64,000 bases of DNA from Lama guanicoe (lineage: Eukaryota). The stretch lies in NCBI GenBank assembly GCA_013239625.1, contig MU053216.1, positions 374,001 through 438,000 of the forward strand, given 5' to 3'. Positions 1-12,822 of the stretch are shown here, in pieces (positions within the stretch are counted from its first letter, which is position 1; the number at the start of each line of letters is the position of its first letter). Both the position numbers and the translations under genes were made by a program. The notes under the pieces were generated by a model. The model saw only the letters and a list, made by a program, of their open reading frames with translations. It did no database searches and had not been told where the DNA came from.

Positions 1-619
1 GCATTCCTCAGCCCAGGAAAAGATAAGATAGGAACCTCACGTTCCAAAGGTGGAATAATGCACAGCTAAAGGCTGAAAAAGGATAAAACTCTACTGCTGC
101 AGACTTTGAGCAGAGCCCAGCGGTGCGGTGGCCTGTCTCCATGGAAACGTGTGAGAACAGCCCGTCCCCTCCATGTGAGCACTTCCCTGACGGTTCCTCT
201 GAAGGTTCAAGGAGAGCGGAGCTCCTGCTCCTGCAGCGCGGCTCCGCGCGCCACCCGCAAGGGGCCTGGGGTCCAATCGCGAGCGGCTGTGCGATTTCCC
301 CAGGACAGGGAGAAAGGGCAGATTTCGGAACAGAACGGGTGCATCACAAGATGCTACACCAGCAAAAGGTCTGACCCTCGTGTCACAGCCCACCCCACCC
401 TTTCCACAGCGGAGCTTCCCAGCTGTTGGAGAGAGAGAGCACCACACTTAACCTGCTCTTTATTTCAGGGCTGACGTGGGGACACGTGAGGTAACAAATA
501 TGAAAACAGATTCTAAAAACATTAACACATGAATCCAAGTACTGCTGTTAACCCATGTTCTTTGTGTTATCTTATGGAAAAAAATATACTATGAGGCGGT
601 CTTGGGCACTGATTCAGAG

Positions 620-850
620 CAGAGTCGGCAACAGTGAGCATTTCAAGCTCTGCAGGTCGTACGTCTCCCACAAATACTCAACCCTGCCCCTGTGGGTGGA
701 GACAGCCAGGGACGCCACCAGTGAGCACCGCTGCGTTTCAGTAAAATTCTATGGATAATGAAATTTAAATTTCATACAACTTTCACATCACAAAATATTG
801 TTCTTTTGTTTTTTTCAACTCACTGAAAATGTAAAATGACAACACCCTGT
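620..850. mobile_element. MER58-like hAT remnant
   Basis: AAATACTCAACCCTGCC, CAGTAAAATTCTATGGATAATGAAATTTAAATTTCATA, CACATCACAAAATATTGTTCTTTT motifs. Confidence 0.6.
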
Positions 851-1705
851 GTTTTACTGCTGTCAGCTTCCCAGCAGACGTGGATGTGTGCGCCCTCCAG
901 TGCAGACGTAACCTACCGACTGTGTGCAGGCTCAGAGCAGCACTCCCCACACAAGAAGCATCCAATGCATGTTTGCTTGATGGTCCGTTAACAGCAGTCA
1001 CGTCAAGTGCAACCAGGGTAGGCATCTCCTGGTCACACGACAAGCGTGTCTGTAGCTAGATGTGAAAACAACTTCTAATACTCGATTTCGACATAGTCGG
1101 TCACATTAATGTTGGTCTGCGGCACACCCAAGTGCACGGAGCGAGTCGGGGGACAGCTCAGCGCCCACGCACGGATAACACGGCACCAGCTTTCAGTCTC
1201 TCAGTGGCTCACCCCGCCTGTTTACACAAGGCAGCCTGTGTCCAGGAACAGGGAAGGAGCTCGGGAGCAGTGCCAGTGTGACGCGGCGGCAAGGATCAAG
1301 AACGTAACAGGGGTCCCGGTTCTGACCCTGTGCAGCCACCGAGGCTTCCCAAGGCCCCAGGAGGGCTGCTCCTGGTTGGTCGGGGTCCCGATCACGCTGG
1401 CGCCCTCTGAGGGCGCACGCCCCTGCCCGCTGCCCTGGGTGCCCCGCACGACGGTTGGAGGGTGAGGGATTTCCACGTAACTAAGTGGTGGACATTTCCT
1501 GAAAGGCAATTTAATGCCACCAAAATCAGTCAAATACTGTTAACAACTGGGAAGAGAGTCCAGCGAAGGTTCAGATCACAGTCTACCGGGCGACACGAAC
1601 GTGACGTGACATGAAGTAGGGGGCTTCATTTTCAAGTTAACGTCACGTTTGTGGAAAGAACATCACAACTGGTTTGTTGGTGGGGTTTTTTTTTTTGCTT
1701 TATAT

Positions 1706-1893
1706 ATTGTGTGGATGTTTATGTGTGGATGTGTCTGTGTCTGTATATGTGTGTGTGTGTGGATGTGTGTATATGTGTGGATGTGGATGTGTGTATGTAT
1801 GCGTGTATACACGTGTCTGTGCGTGTGCACGCATGTGGATGTGTGGATGTGCGTCTATGTGTCTGTGTGCGTATGTGTGCGGGTACGTGTATG
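1706..1893. repeat. Degenerate (TG)n / GTGGAT simple repeat
   Basis: Directly visible alternating TG/TA/CG tract with repeated TGTGGA units. Confidence 0.92.
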
Positions 1894-3606
1894 AGACGGG
1901 AACAGAATGAGCAGGGAAAGGAGGGAAGACTGAAGAGTCTTGAAAAATATGGCTGGGGGTACAATCAGAGGCCAGGGAGGGGCCAGACTGTTACTGTAAA
2001 ACACAAGAGGTGAGCAGGATTAGGGGAGTTTGGAAGGGGCCACGTGAAAGGAGAGGGTGACTTTAGCTGGAAGTGCACCTCTGCCACGCGGCGGAGGTGG
2101 ATGGAGAGGCGCAGTGGTCTGGAGGCAAAAAGCTAAAGAAATTCTCATCTAACTTCTCTGTTTTCTATCTTATCTGTGAAACAGCAGGAACAACTACGAT
2201 GGTAATGGAGGTGGTGGGAGGAGTAATCGTAATAACGATGGTTACCACATTAATTACTAATATAGCTAATCAATAGATTACAATAGTAATTAATAGTAAG
2301 TCTATAATACAATGTTTATATTTTATATAACTAACAGAAAAGTAATTACTCTAATTAATAAACATTAATATCACATTATCAAACAGCAAAACATTACTTT
2401 TGAGCACCAGTTAGCACTGTTCCCACTTGTTACTCACGCACCCCTCCCAGCGAGCTTCTGAGGGGGTGGTCACTGTGGTTCTCATTTCCTCAGGGCTAAG
2501 GGCCTTGCCTGGGGCCTTGCGCTAAAAACTGAGACCACAGCACTCACCCCATCAGTCCCGCCAGGGCCTCACCTCGGCAGCACCTGATACACCAGCTCTC
2601 CACACAGCACCTGAGCGCCACTGAGACCTTAACAAGTGTCACGTGACAGCTCTTTGAGGGGCACTCCCTGGTGCAGTGGCAGAGACCAAGGGGTGAGAAG
2701 CAGAGGGGCAGGAGGTGGTATCATCTGTGGAGCAACGGGCTGACCGGAGGAAGCAGACTTTCCAGACACTGGAAAGGATCTACTTGAATTAGGTGACCAT
2801 GAACGTAAAGTGGTAAAAATCTACACTATTCTGTGATTTGAGCTGCTCTGGCGGAAGCACAGACAAATCAGAGCTGGGCACACTCAGAGTTAGGACCTTA
2901 CCAGGTAAGTTTCACATTTCAGCGAGGTAAAGGAGTTTAGGGTTCAGGGAAAGCATCACTGAAGTGAATGCAGAATCTGAGCAAGATAAAGAGGGAAGCT
3001 GATGTGAGGAAGAGGACCAGGAGTTCCAGTGAGAACCTCGTAGCACTGCACGCAGTGGTCACAGAGCCAGGAGCTCAGAACAGGAGCGGTCTGGGTGACA
3101 CTGCGCCTGGGTGACTGGGAGTGGGGGACAGCGAGGTGGAGGGATAAGTCACCCAAAATGAGGAGGTGAGGAAGCTGAGAGGCCAGAGTGCTGGATGGCC
3201 TGACGGTAGTGACACAGAGGCTGTGCGTGGTCTTCAACAAATGAGGGGCAAGGACATGGCACCACCAAACGGCACGCGAATCACAGGAGCACAAGACTGT
3301 TCTTACAAGAGGGGATGGAGGGTGCTGCTCAGGAAGCGACGCCGGGAACAGGGCCTGCCCCTACTTCCTGACACCAAGTGAGACAGGAGAATAAAAGGCC
3401 TGAAGACACAGCAGGAATGCTCCTGGTGCCTGAGCCCCTGCCCCAGGCTCTATTCCACTGCCTGTTACCCTGCAGACTCTTCTCCACATTGAGTTTTCTA
3501 AGTAATCCAGTAACACAGAAGTATATTTTTACTGTAAGAATAAGAGAAAATGAAAACTATCTACAGTTTGTTGTATATCCTTCTAAAATGTTGTCTAGAC
3601 ACACAC

Positions 3607-4362
3607 TTTTTTAAAATTGAAGTACAGTTGATTTACAACGTCATGTTAGTTTCTGGTGTCCAGCACAGTGACTCAGTTATACGTATGTAGATTCTTTTCC
3701 ATTATAGGTTCTCAGAAGACACTGAATACAGTTCCCTGTGCTGCACAGTAGGTCCTTGCTGTTTATCGATTTTATATGTAGTAATTAGTACCTGCTAACC
3801 CCAAACTCCTAATTTATCCCATTTCCCTTTGGTAACCATAAGTCTGTTTTCTATGTCTGTGAGTCTGCTTCCATCTTGTAGATAAGTTCATTTGTGTCAT
3901 TTTTTAGATTCCACATATAGGTGATACCATATGATATTTATCTTTCTCTGCCTGACTTACTTCACTTAGTGTGATCATCTCTAGGTCCATCCACATTGGT
4001 GAGAATGTAACTTGGTGCAGCCACTATGGAAAACACCAGAGATTCCTGAAAGAACTAAAAGTAGAGCTACCATATAATCCAGCAATCCCACTCCTGGGCT
4101 GTATCTGGAGAAAACTCTAATTTAAAAACACACATGCAAACCCCACTGCTCACAGCAGCATGATTTACAACAGTCAGGACACAGCAGTGACCTAAGTGTC
4201 CATTGACAGACGGATGGATGAAAAAGCTGTGGTGTGTACAGACAACGGAATACCACTCAGCCACAAAAAATAATGAAATAATGCCACTTGCAGAAACACG
4301 GATGGGCCTAGAAATTACTATACTAAGTGAAGTAAGCCAGACAGAGAAAGACAAATTCCACA
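3607..4362 (-). mobile_element. L1 3' fragment with internal inversion (about 3607-3996 minus, 3997-4362 plus)
   Basis: T-rich tail at left with L1 3'UTR in antisense, then ORF2-end sequence in sense (GGTGCAGCCACTATGGAAAAC, CCAGCAATCCCACTCCTGGG, CTAAGTGAAGTAAGCCAGACAGAGAAAGACAAA). Confidence 0.85.
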
Positions 4363-4859
4363 ATTTTTCTAACTAGAGGAGGACGGTCACCATGACCATC
4401 AACACATCACTACTGACACAGCTGATGTCAAATGCTCCTAAATAAAACAGAATTGATTTCATTAATTTCTTGATTGTTACATCTTGGTCTATTTATTGTT
4501 AATAGAGTTCAGTGCTAGCAATTAGCCAAAGTCTGATTTTTCATAGATCTTCTGACCATGATATATTAAGAAATTTAATGAATTTTTATACCAAAGTCCC
4601 AAATCTTCAGTTTTGCAAGGGTGCTAAACAGATAGCGTCATTTTCTGTGTTTGCCATGACAAGAATGAGGTAGGCAAGCAACGCTTCCGGCATTACTTCA
4701 CCTGGCGTAGGCGCAGAATTATGTTAAGAATCAAAGGAGCAACAGAATGCAAAAAAGAAACCTCCCCTACAGAACAGTGTGTATCAAAGAGACCCTTTAA
4801 AGGTACACAGGAGAAAGGGGCCAGGACTGCAGAAAAGCAGTGTGTCCAGGTGGGAAAAC

Positions 4860-5050
4860 AGGAGCTTCTGAGTCAGACAGACCTGGGTTCAAATACCAAT
4901 GTGACCTAAGGGAGCCAGGCCAGGGCCACCTGCCTTCTCTGATTCTACCTCCTCATTATTAGAAGGAATAATACCACCTACTTGGTGGAACTGTTGATGC
5001 AAAGACAATAAAAACAGCAAAATGCACAGTGGGTGCTCAGTAAACAGCAC
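4860..5050 (+). mobile_element. MIR remnant
   Basis: GAGTCAGACAGACCTGGGTTCAAATACC...TGTGACCT...AATAATACCACCTAC...GTGCTCAGTAAA. Confidence 0.6.
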
Positions 5051-5394
5051 TTCCTACAGCTGCGACATACCAAGAGTTCCAGTAAGCTAAAGTATTTGTA
5101 AAAATTAACATGATCTGGGAAAACAACAACAACAACCAAAAAACAGACATGTTAAGGTGATATTTGTACTAATGAATTGTTTTTATTTTACATAATTTTG
5201 CTTTAATGTTATCTTTTTACTTAGCAGTAAATATAGAGATGAGTAAATCAAATGTGAAACCAATACTTCAAAGAACTCTTAGATTTTCTTGGACTCTGAA
5301 TACTTATCCCACAATTTTCTATCATATTGAAGTTTTTTAAAAGAGAAATACAACCACATCATGTCATCCTTCTTCAAAAGTTCTTCAAAAGAGT

Positions 5395-5536
5395 GGGGAG
5401 GGTATAGCTCAAGTAGTGGAGCACGTGCTTAGCATGCACAAGGTCCTGGGTCCAATCCCCAGTACCTCCTCTAAAAATAAATAAACCTAATTACCTCCTC
5501 CTCAACAAAAAATTAAAAATAAACAAAAAAATTTTT
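5395..5536 (+). mobile_element. tRNA-derived SINE (camelid Vic-1-like)
   Basis: GGGGAGGGTATAGCTCAAG...GGTCCTGGGTCCAATCCCCAGTACCTCC head with A/B boxes, AATAAACCTAATTACCTCC body, A-rich tail. Imperfect TSD AAGTTCTTCAAAAGA (5378-5392) / AAGTTCTTTGAAAGA (5537-5551). Confidence 0.88.
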
Positions 5537-7589
5537 AAGTTCTTTGAAAGAATTTAGAGAATATTTTGCTTTTTCTAAAAGTTATCTTGCAAACAATGAT
5601 TTTCAGATAGGAAATCAAGCAGAAATTTGATCATCTGTTTTCTAAATGAAACAGTTCATTCTATTTTATTTGCTTCATGTTTAGAGTATTCTTTCAGCTT
5701 CTTCCTAGGCCTCAGCACACGCATCTGTGAAAATGACAGATGGATCAGATGTTGCCCTCCAAGTTTCTTTTCGCTGTGGTACCCTGGAACTTGACAACCC
5801 TACGATGAGACAAGTACTTGTCGCTAGTACTGCATCTCTGCTTTCAAGAGCTCCTCCAACAGTCTTTTACCCGAGCGGTGGTCCCAGAGCTGAAACCATT
5901 ACTGACTCATCACTGAGCCGGGGAGCCCAATGGGAGCTGTAGAGCTTGGAAATCCACAGAAGGGACAGCAAAATGATTAATGATTTGATAACTGATCTTA
6001 AATTAAAGGAAAGGGCATGTGTATTAGATTAGAATAAAGAAGACTATTGGAGAAAGCTGATCATCTAAAAACATACAAAGGCAACTGCAGATAATGATCA
6101 ATACTCCCTCTTCACTTTTACTGTGAACAGTGTAATAGGAAATGGATTCAACATGGACCAGATCTTTAAAACTATGGGTCTCCCAACCCCTGAGGCCAGC
6201 GGCTAAGCTGTCTTTGCATCTCAGGGTCTACCACACAATCTCGCATCTAGGAAGCACTCAATAAACATTTGACTAAAGTTAATTAACAAAGTGTCATCTC
6301 AGTTTTTAAAGATCCAAACCACAGAGGTGCATTATTGAGACAGAACAGGAAACTTCTTTTCTTTTGATAATAAAAAAATTTTTTAAATGGTAACAGCCTG
6401 TAGGTGCCGACCAGGAACAGTTAAGAGATAAAATTCATTATATTTCAAAGTTATTTTCCATTAGAATCCTTTGAGCTGTGGTGACCCTGTCATGGACGGG
6501 CTTTAGCACAGGAAGAGCTGAAGCAAGGCAGCCTCTCCTCGCACCTGAAGCTGGTTTGACAATGAGTGCGCCGACCGTCGGTCCCCATTGAGCATGGAGA
6601 GTCCTAGCGGAGACTGTCCTGAGACCAGCGAGCACAGCCGTTGGAGGGCACAACCAGGTGGGCCTTCCCACTGGTCCCAGTGCCGGAGCAGCTCTTCAAG
6701 TCGGAGCGTGCGACTCCAGCACCCTTCAAAGTCATTTTCCACTCCCTAGCAGTTTACAGCAGGTGAGTCATTCTTTTGACCTCATTTTTCATGCTATTTA
6801 CTGTCAAAGAGGAACAATCTAAACTGGAAAATTAATACAGGAGGCATGATTACAGAGCAGTGAAGCTACATCCAAAGGACCCAAACAGCAGCCACACGCT
6901 CCTGTGAAATTCACATTCTGCTAGAAGGGCAGCTCTCTCCTCAGCCTCCAAGAGCACGACACAAGCTGAGACTGGTTCCCACCTGAGTGTCCCATCTGTC
7001 ACTCGGTCCTCGAGGAGGGGCACACTGTCTGCCACAGGTGGCCAACACTCAGAATGCACACCCCTCTCCCTGTCCTTGCCCTTGTAAGGCAGGGGCCTTA
7101 CAGAAAGTCTCTCTCTTCCCCTGTATAGCCAATGTACTCATTTTTTAGTTCCTTCGGAGACTTTCTGTTGAAATTCTCCCTTATAATGAAGTTCATGGGC
7201 TGGTGATGATCTTGGGGGGCAAGAAACCGTATTACTGAACTAGAACTTTGAGCAATGTTTCAAGACAGGGGAAATTCATCTGAGTTAATGGAACAGATGT
7301 GAACAGGCGGCAGAAAGTTTGCCCCTGGGTCATCACCACTGACCACATGGCTGAGCCCTGTGTCAAGCCTTGTAACAGTCAACACACTACACTCTACCTG
7401 TGTTAAACACTTTATTCACACAGTTCATAATTTACATTCTCTAAACTAATCTCTGGTATACTGGTTAGAAGGCCAACACAAGGAGATGCGATAATAATTA
7501 GAAGAATTAATTAATTAATTAACAGAATTCTGGTCTAGTCACGATGGTGTGAAACTTCGAAATTCCACTGGGCCACCAGTGGCCACTAA

Positions 7590-8235
7590 ATCACAGACAA
7601 CATATTACGTGCCTCCTGACAGAAGTACACACCACCACCCATGATGTACTCCTGCCAAAAAATTCAAATCTGAATCAGATCAGAGCTCTAGATCTGATTA
7701 CCAGTTTACAGAAAACACAGGAAACAAAGGAACATGTTAACACTATAAGCATGCAGTCAGCAAAGTCAAGGTTGCAGGAAACTTCACAGAAAAAATAATC
7801 CAGTTTTTCCACAACCAAGATGCAGAGGAATAAAGCGAGGAGGAAACCACACATTAAGACACACGTGAGCCAAAGGAAACCTTACTCGAACCCTAGTCTG
7901 AATAACCAACTATAGAAACATATTCAAGAACCACCAGGGAAGTTTAAACACTATTGAATACTTTGATGTTAGGGAGTGAGTGCTCAATTTTTAGGTGTGT
8001 TAATGAAATTGTGATTGTTTTCATTTAAATTCCTGTCCCTTCGAAATACATACGGAAATATTTACAAGTAAAATTCTGTGATAATTAGGACTGACTGTAA
8101 AATAATCCAGTATATTGGGGCTGGGGAGAGAAGGCTAAAAATGAAACAAGACTGGCCGTGAGTCGACAACTTTTGAGAATTCACTATACTATCCTCCCTA
8201 GTTCTGTATTTTGAAATAGTCCATAATTTAAAAGT
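7590..8235 (+). mobile_element. Ancient L1 (L1MC/L1ME-type) 3' fragment
   Basis: Degraded L1M 3' motifs (GAAATATTTACAAGTAAAAT, AAAATAATCCAG, AATGAAACAAGACTGGCC, TTCACTATACTATCCTC, GAAATAGTCCATAAT). Confidence 0.55.
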
Positions 8236-9689
8236 TTAAAATGGAAAAGAAAGTGGGTCACTAGACCAAAAATTCATATGTAAAAGCCAGGTTTTGCCAG
8301 ATACATCATGGATATTCAGAGCATGGCACTGCATGTCCCAAAACTGCATTCGAATATGATTCCAACAGATTGTCACAGTATCACGATGTTTAAGCATACT
8401 AAGAACAAAATCGTTTCTCAATTCTTACATAAACCTAACCCCTAAGTACAGTGCAGTACAACACTGCATCAGAAACCACAGGCAGATCAATTTTCAATAC
8501 TGAGAACTAAGGCCTCAGTTTTCCAATTAACTTGATTTAGGAAACAAAAATTCTGCATGCCTGATAAAACTTCAAGCTCCTGAAATTTACTCAAACTGGT
8601 TACAATCTAAAATCTAAAAACAAACAAACAAACAAAAAACTTAAATTTAAGAAACAATTTTTAAAATTATACTTCAAATGCAGAAAAAGAAAAAAATCAA
8701 AGCCAAAAAAAGAAGTCAGCCATTTGAGCAAGCTTCAATTAGCAACCCAAATAAGTTTTCAGTTCCTTGCCCTATATAATTCTAGGTCAAGATCCTTCAT
8801 CTGCATTTATTACTACTATGTTGAACCACTAAAGATTAATCAAAGTTCCCAAATTTCCACCTTCCACCACCTTTAAGAAAAACATATGATCATTTTCATC
8901 CCTAAGTACAGATGAAAACAGTCACAAATACTGATGAATGTAACACTGCCCCAGGGCCAACCCCCAGAGCCAGGATGCTAGAACACAGTCACCACACAGC
9001 CAGTCTCCTACCATAAATGACAAGAGGAACCAGCTGTTCCTGAGAGCATTCCCAAAATTCTATTCAGATTCTAAAACGTATCAACTGCTAATTAACAAGA
9101 AGCACTGAGTCAGGCACATTTACTCACTGGATAAATGAATGTGAAAGAATAAACAGGACAAACAGTTTTTGGCACTAACCTCCCTATCAGCTTCCCCTAA
9201 GGCTGCCTTCCAGGGGCAGCGCTGACCAGTGGGAAATGGGCCAGACCAGACTGGGAAACAAAACAACCTGAACAAGGTAGGCAGCCTTGCAGCCCTTGTG
9301 ACAGAAGCACAACCTTCCTGCCTCTAGTGTCAGGTTTAATATCCCAAAATATTCTTAACTCATAAAGAATGAAACCACTTGCAAAACCAGAAGCCAGCCT
9401 TTTAGGAGTCTTCTCATGCACTTTGGGTCCTAATTGACAGTTACAATCACACTGACGGTAGATCTTTTTTCCCTTCCAAAAGTCAACAGAAAGACTAAGT
9501 TATCCTTAACAAGAAAAAAGCTCATATAAGCTCCATTAAAGTCCTCAAAAACATCTTTTTACTGAAACTGCTCTTTCAAAGATTGTAAATGACCAAATCA
9601 GTTTTCCAGGTCTCCTCATTTTCTCTGACATCAGTGACTATTCCTTGAAACCCCTCAGCACCCTGCGCCCTCCTGGCCCTCCTCTGCCT

Positions 9690-10060
9690 GAGCTGCAGCA
9701 AGTGGTCACGAGCCTAGTGGCTTAAAACAACACATATTTATTACCTCACAGATTTGGAGGTCAGAAGTCCAAACTCAACCTCACTGGGCTACAATCCAGT
9801 TTTGGGCATGGCTAGTTTCCTTGCCTTTTTCAGCTGCCAGAGGCTGCTGGCACACTCAGCTCGAGGCCGGTCCTAGAGCTGCTCCAATCTCTGGTTTCTA
9901 CCATCACGTCTCCTGCTACTGACTCAGTTCTCCCTTTAATGAAGACCCTTGTGATTGCTCACCTGGATAATCTTCCCATCTGGAGATCCTAAACTTAATC
10001 ACATTTGCAAAGTCCCTTATACCATGGAAGGTAACATATCCACAGGTTCTCAGGATCAGG
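9690..10060 (-). mobile_element. MaLR LTR (MLT1-like)
   Basis: GTGGCTTAAAACAACACATATTTATTACCTCACAG...GGAGGTCAGAAGTCCAA...TTAATCACATTTGCAAAGTCCCTT...AAGGTAACATATCCACAGGTTC. Confidence 0.8.
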
Positions 10061-10064
10061 GCAT

Positions 10065-10550
10065 GGTCAGTTACCTGCAGTCGGAAAATTCCAAAAATAA
10101 GCAATTCATAACTTCTAAATTGACCACCATTCTGAATAGCTGATGAAATCTCATGTCTACCGGCTCTGTCCCACCCTAGATGTGAACTACCCTTTTGTCC
10201 AGTGGATCCATGCTGCATACACTATCCACCTGCAAGCAAGGAAAACACAGCACAGCAGACCCTTAAACAGGGCTTTGAACTGTGCAGGTCCACCTAGAGA
10301 CAGACTTTCTCAGTAAGTAGGTACCACATACTACATGATCCCCAGCTGGCTGGGTCTGCAGACATGGAGCCCTGGATTTGGAGGGCTGCGTATGAAGTTA
10401 TGCACAGACTTTCCATTGCTCGGGTCAGCACCATACCCGTCAGTGTTCAAGGGTCAACTGGATATACGGGCATTGGCACTGCACGCAGTTTCAGGCATCC
10501 ACTGGGGGCCTTGGAACGGTCTCCCCCTCGGATAAGGGAGGACTACTGTA
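10065..10550. mobile_element. MER44-like Tigger element with a nested Tigger2-like element (10253-10460)
   Basis: GGAAAATTCCAAAAATAAGCAATTCATAA body and right end GGATAAGGGAGGACTACTG-TA. Inner element bounded by CAGCAGACCCTTAAACA and TGTTCAAGGGTCAACTG inverted ends. Confidence 0.75.
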
Positions 10551-11339
10551 TACCTTAGCAGAGACTCACAACCTACCGTGAGGCATTCAGTAGTAGTTGT
10601 AAATTAACAATCTAATAAAAACTCTAACCAAAGTATATGTACGCGTGTGTACATACAAACATATAAAGGAGCACATGCAAATGATGACATTCAAACATCA
10701 AAAACATTACTGTCAAAGCACATTGAACGATCCAGGAAGACAATCACAGAGGAAAATTAAGTGAAAAAATCAGGAAGCAGGGCGGATGATACCAACTTCA
10801 TAAATACAGTCTTCACAGACACATGCACACCGAACATAGTGAACTCTTTCTAAACCCAAAAGGAACACACTGAAATGGTAGTGCTATTCACCTTCGCATA
10901 GCCTGATCTTAAACTGTTTTCCACTTCGTCTGTGTAACTTCACTTTCTGGATTTGTTTTACAACGAGGAGTCCGCAGGCGTGGTAACTGACAACACGGAG
11001 CGAGCACGGAGACGCAGGCGTCGCAGGCAGACCGCCTGCGCTTGAGCAGCTTCCAGCCCTGCCAGTCACTACCAGTGGGGCCCTGGGCAACGTCTCAGCC
11101 TCCCCGGGTGTAAAGTCCAGACAGCAACGAAAGCACCCACCTCGTGAGCTGTTGTGCGTATCACCCACAAGTTAGTGTATTCGGAGAACTTAGAACAGTC
11201 CTCGGCCCAGAGTAAACACCACACAAACGGGAGCCGCTGTCAGCTCTGCTGTCACTCCTGCTGCTGCTACTACTGTTGTTACTGGTGGTGTAGCTGTCGT
11301 TGAAAATGACTCACCACTACTAAATGTTGAAGTGGCCTT

Positions 11340-11995
11340 AAAAAATGGTAAGGATGTGAAGCAACTAGAACTCATACACGGCTGTCTGAGATGCAAAATG
11401 TCTGAGATGCGCCACTTTGAAAAAGAGTTTGATGGTTTCTTTAAACATTCATGATTCAGTTGTCCCACCCCTAGGGATTTAACCGGCGAAACAGAAAATA
11501 TGTTCACACAAAAATCTGTATGCAAATGTTTCTGGTGGCTTTATTCAGTGTTACCAAAAACTGAAAATTATCCAAATGTCCTTCAACATAAGTGGGTAGA
11601 TAAACAAACTGGTACATCCACAGGGGGGAGCGCCACTCAGCCACCAAGACCACTGAGCCACAGACACACGCACCAACACAGATGAATCTCAACGCTCCGC
11701 AGCAGACGAAAGCAGCTGATTCAAAGCTCCGCACTGTGTGATTCATCTACAAGGCAGTGGTCACAGGAACAAAAAACTGATGAAGGTGGCCAAAGGCTGG
11801 GGGTGGGAGGGAGCTGACTACCAGGAGCACAAAGGAACCTTGGGGGTAATGAAAACGTTTTATATCGACTGTGGTAGTGGTTAAACAGCTGGGTTCACTC
11901 GTCACAACTCACAGAACTCTACATTTTAAAAAGGTGAATTTTACTGTGTATAAACTATACTGTAATTTTAAAATACATAAAAATAAAAATAAGCA
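11340..11995 (+). mobile_element. Old L1 (L1M-type) 3' region
   Basis: GGTAAGGATGTGAAGCAACTAGAACTCATACAC, CCAAAAACTGAAAATTATCCAAATGTCCTTCAAC, GGTGAATTTTACTGTGTATAAACTATAC and A-rich end. Boundaries approximate. Confidence 0.75.
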
Positions 11996-12568
11996 ATCAT
12001 TTAATTTTAACTTACCCACAAGCCCTGTCCAACCTTGAGCAAAATGGTGCTTAATGTGCACACACTGACAGCTTGGCTGTTGTAAAAAACTCACGAGAAG
12101 ATTCCAAAGCCCAAACCGTATTATACAGATAGTATGTACTTGTCAGGTTTGAGAGTGGGGAATAAAAACGTGGCCAGGGAACAAATGAGTCAAATGTACT
12201 GCCCTCACCCACCCCCCAAAAACATCATAAAAATAAGCCTGATTTCCAAATCACATGGCTCTGAGGTCCACGGTGGCACGGAAACTTGAGACAAAAGCTC
12301 GTAAGGCGAAGGGCCAGGTGCCCAACATAGTCTGATGCATCATATTAACCCATCTGAAGAGGTGAACTACCAGAATGACTCAGAGTGGCTGTTCTGGATT
12401 CACAGAACGAAGACCAACAGGACTTTCCTAATCCCACATTTGCCTTGGGCCTGACTCTAAGCAGAATTCACCAACATACCAGGGTAAGGCAAAAGTCACT
12501 TCACACACAGCACAAGAGGAGGAGTAAGTAATGAATCCAGAATAAAAGAGAGAGTTAAGAATACAAGT

Positions 12569-12822
12569 CCTATTCCAGTTATAAAATAAGTCGTGGGGAT
12601 GTAATGCACAGCACGGTCATTAGTCACTAACACTGTAGTACATGTTCAAAAGCTGCCAAGAGAATGTATCTTGAAAGTTCTCATTACAAGAAAAAAAATT
12701 TGTGACTATGTAAGTGACGAGATTCATTGTGGTGATCATCTCACAGCGTACACAAGTGTGGAGGCATATGTTGTGCACCTGAAACTAATATAATTGAGGT
12801 CTAATTGACCTCAATTAAAAAC
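12569..12822 (+). mobile_element. L1 3' end (L1MA-like)
   Basis: CCAGTTATAAAATAAGTC...CTTGAAAGTTCTCATTACAAG...ACCTGAAACTAATATAAT...CTCAATTAAAA; flanking repeat AAGAATACAAGT (12557-12568, 12823-12834). Confidence 0.8.

Noticed and set aside
1649..2013. Cys/Val-rich ORFs
   Set aside because: Translations of the TG microsatellite.
5395..5470. tRNA-like sequence (also at 21111)
   Set aside because: Followed by a shared non-tRNA body, A-rich tail and TSDs, so these are SINE heads.
6503..6742. Minus ORF containing RLEELLRHW, loosely like the MyPhoNE motif
   Set aside because: Starts at GTG, lacks the Gln of the motif, no RVxF or ankyrin follows, and no suitable donor seen.
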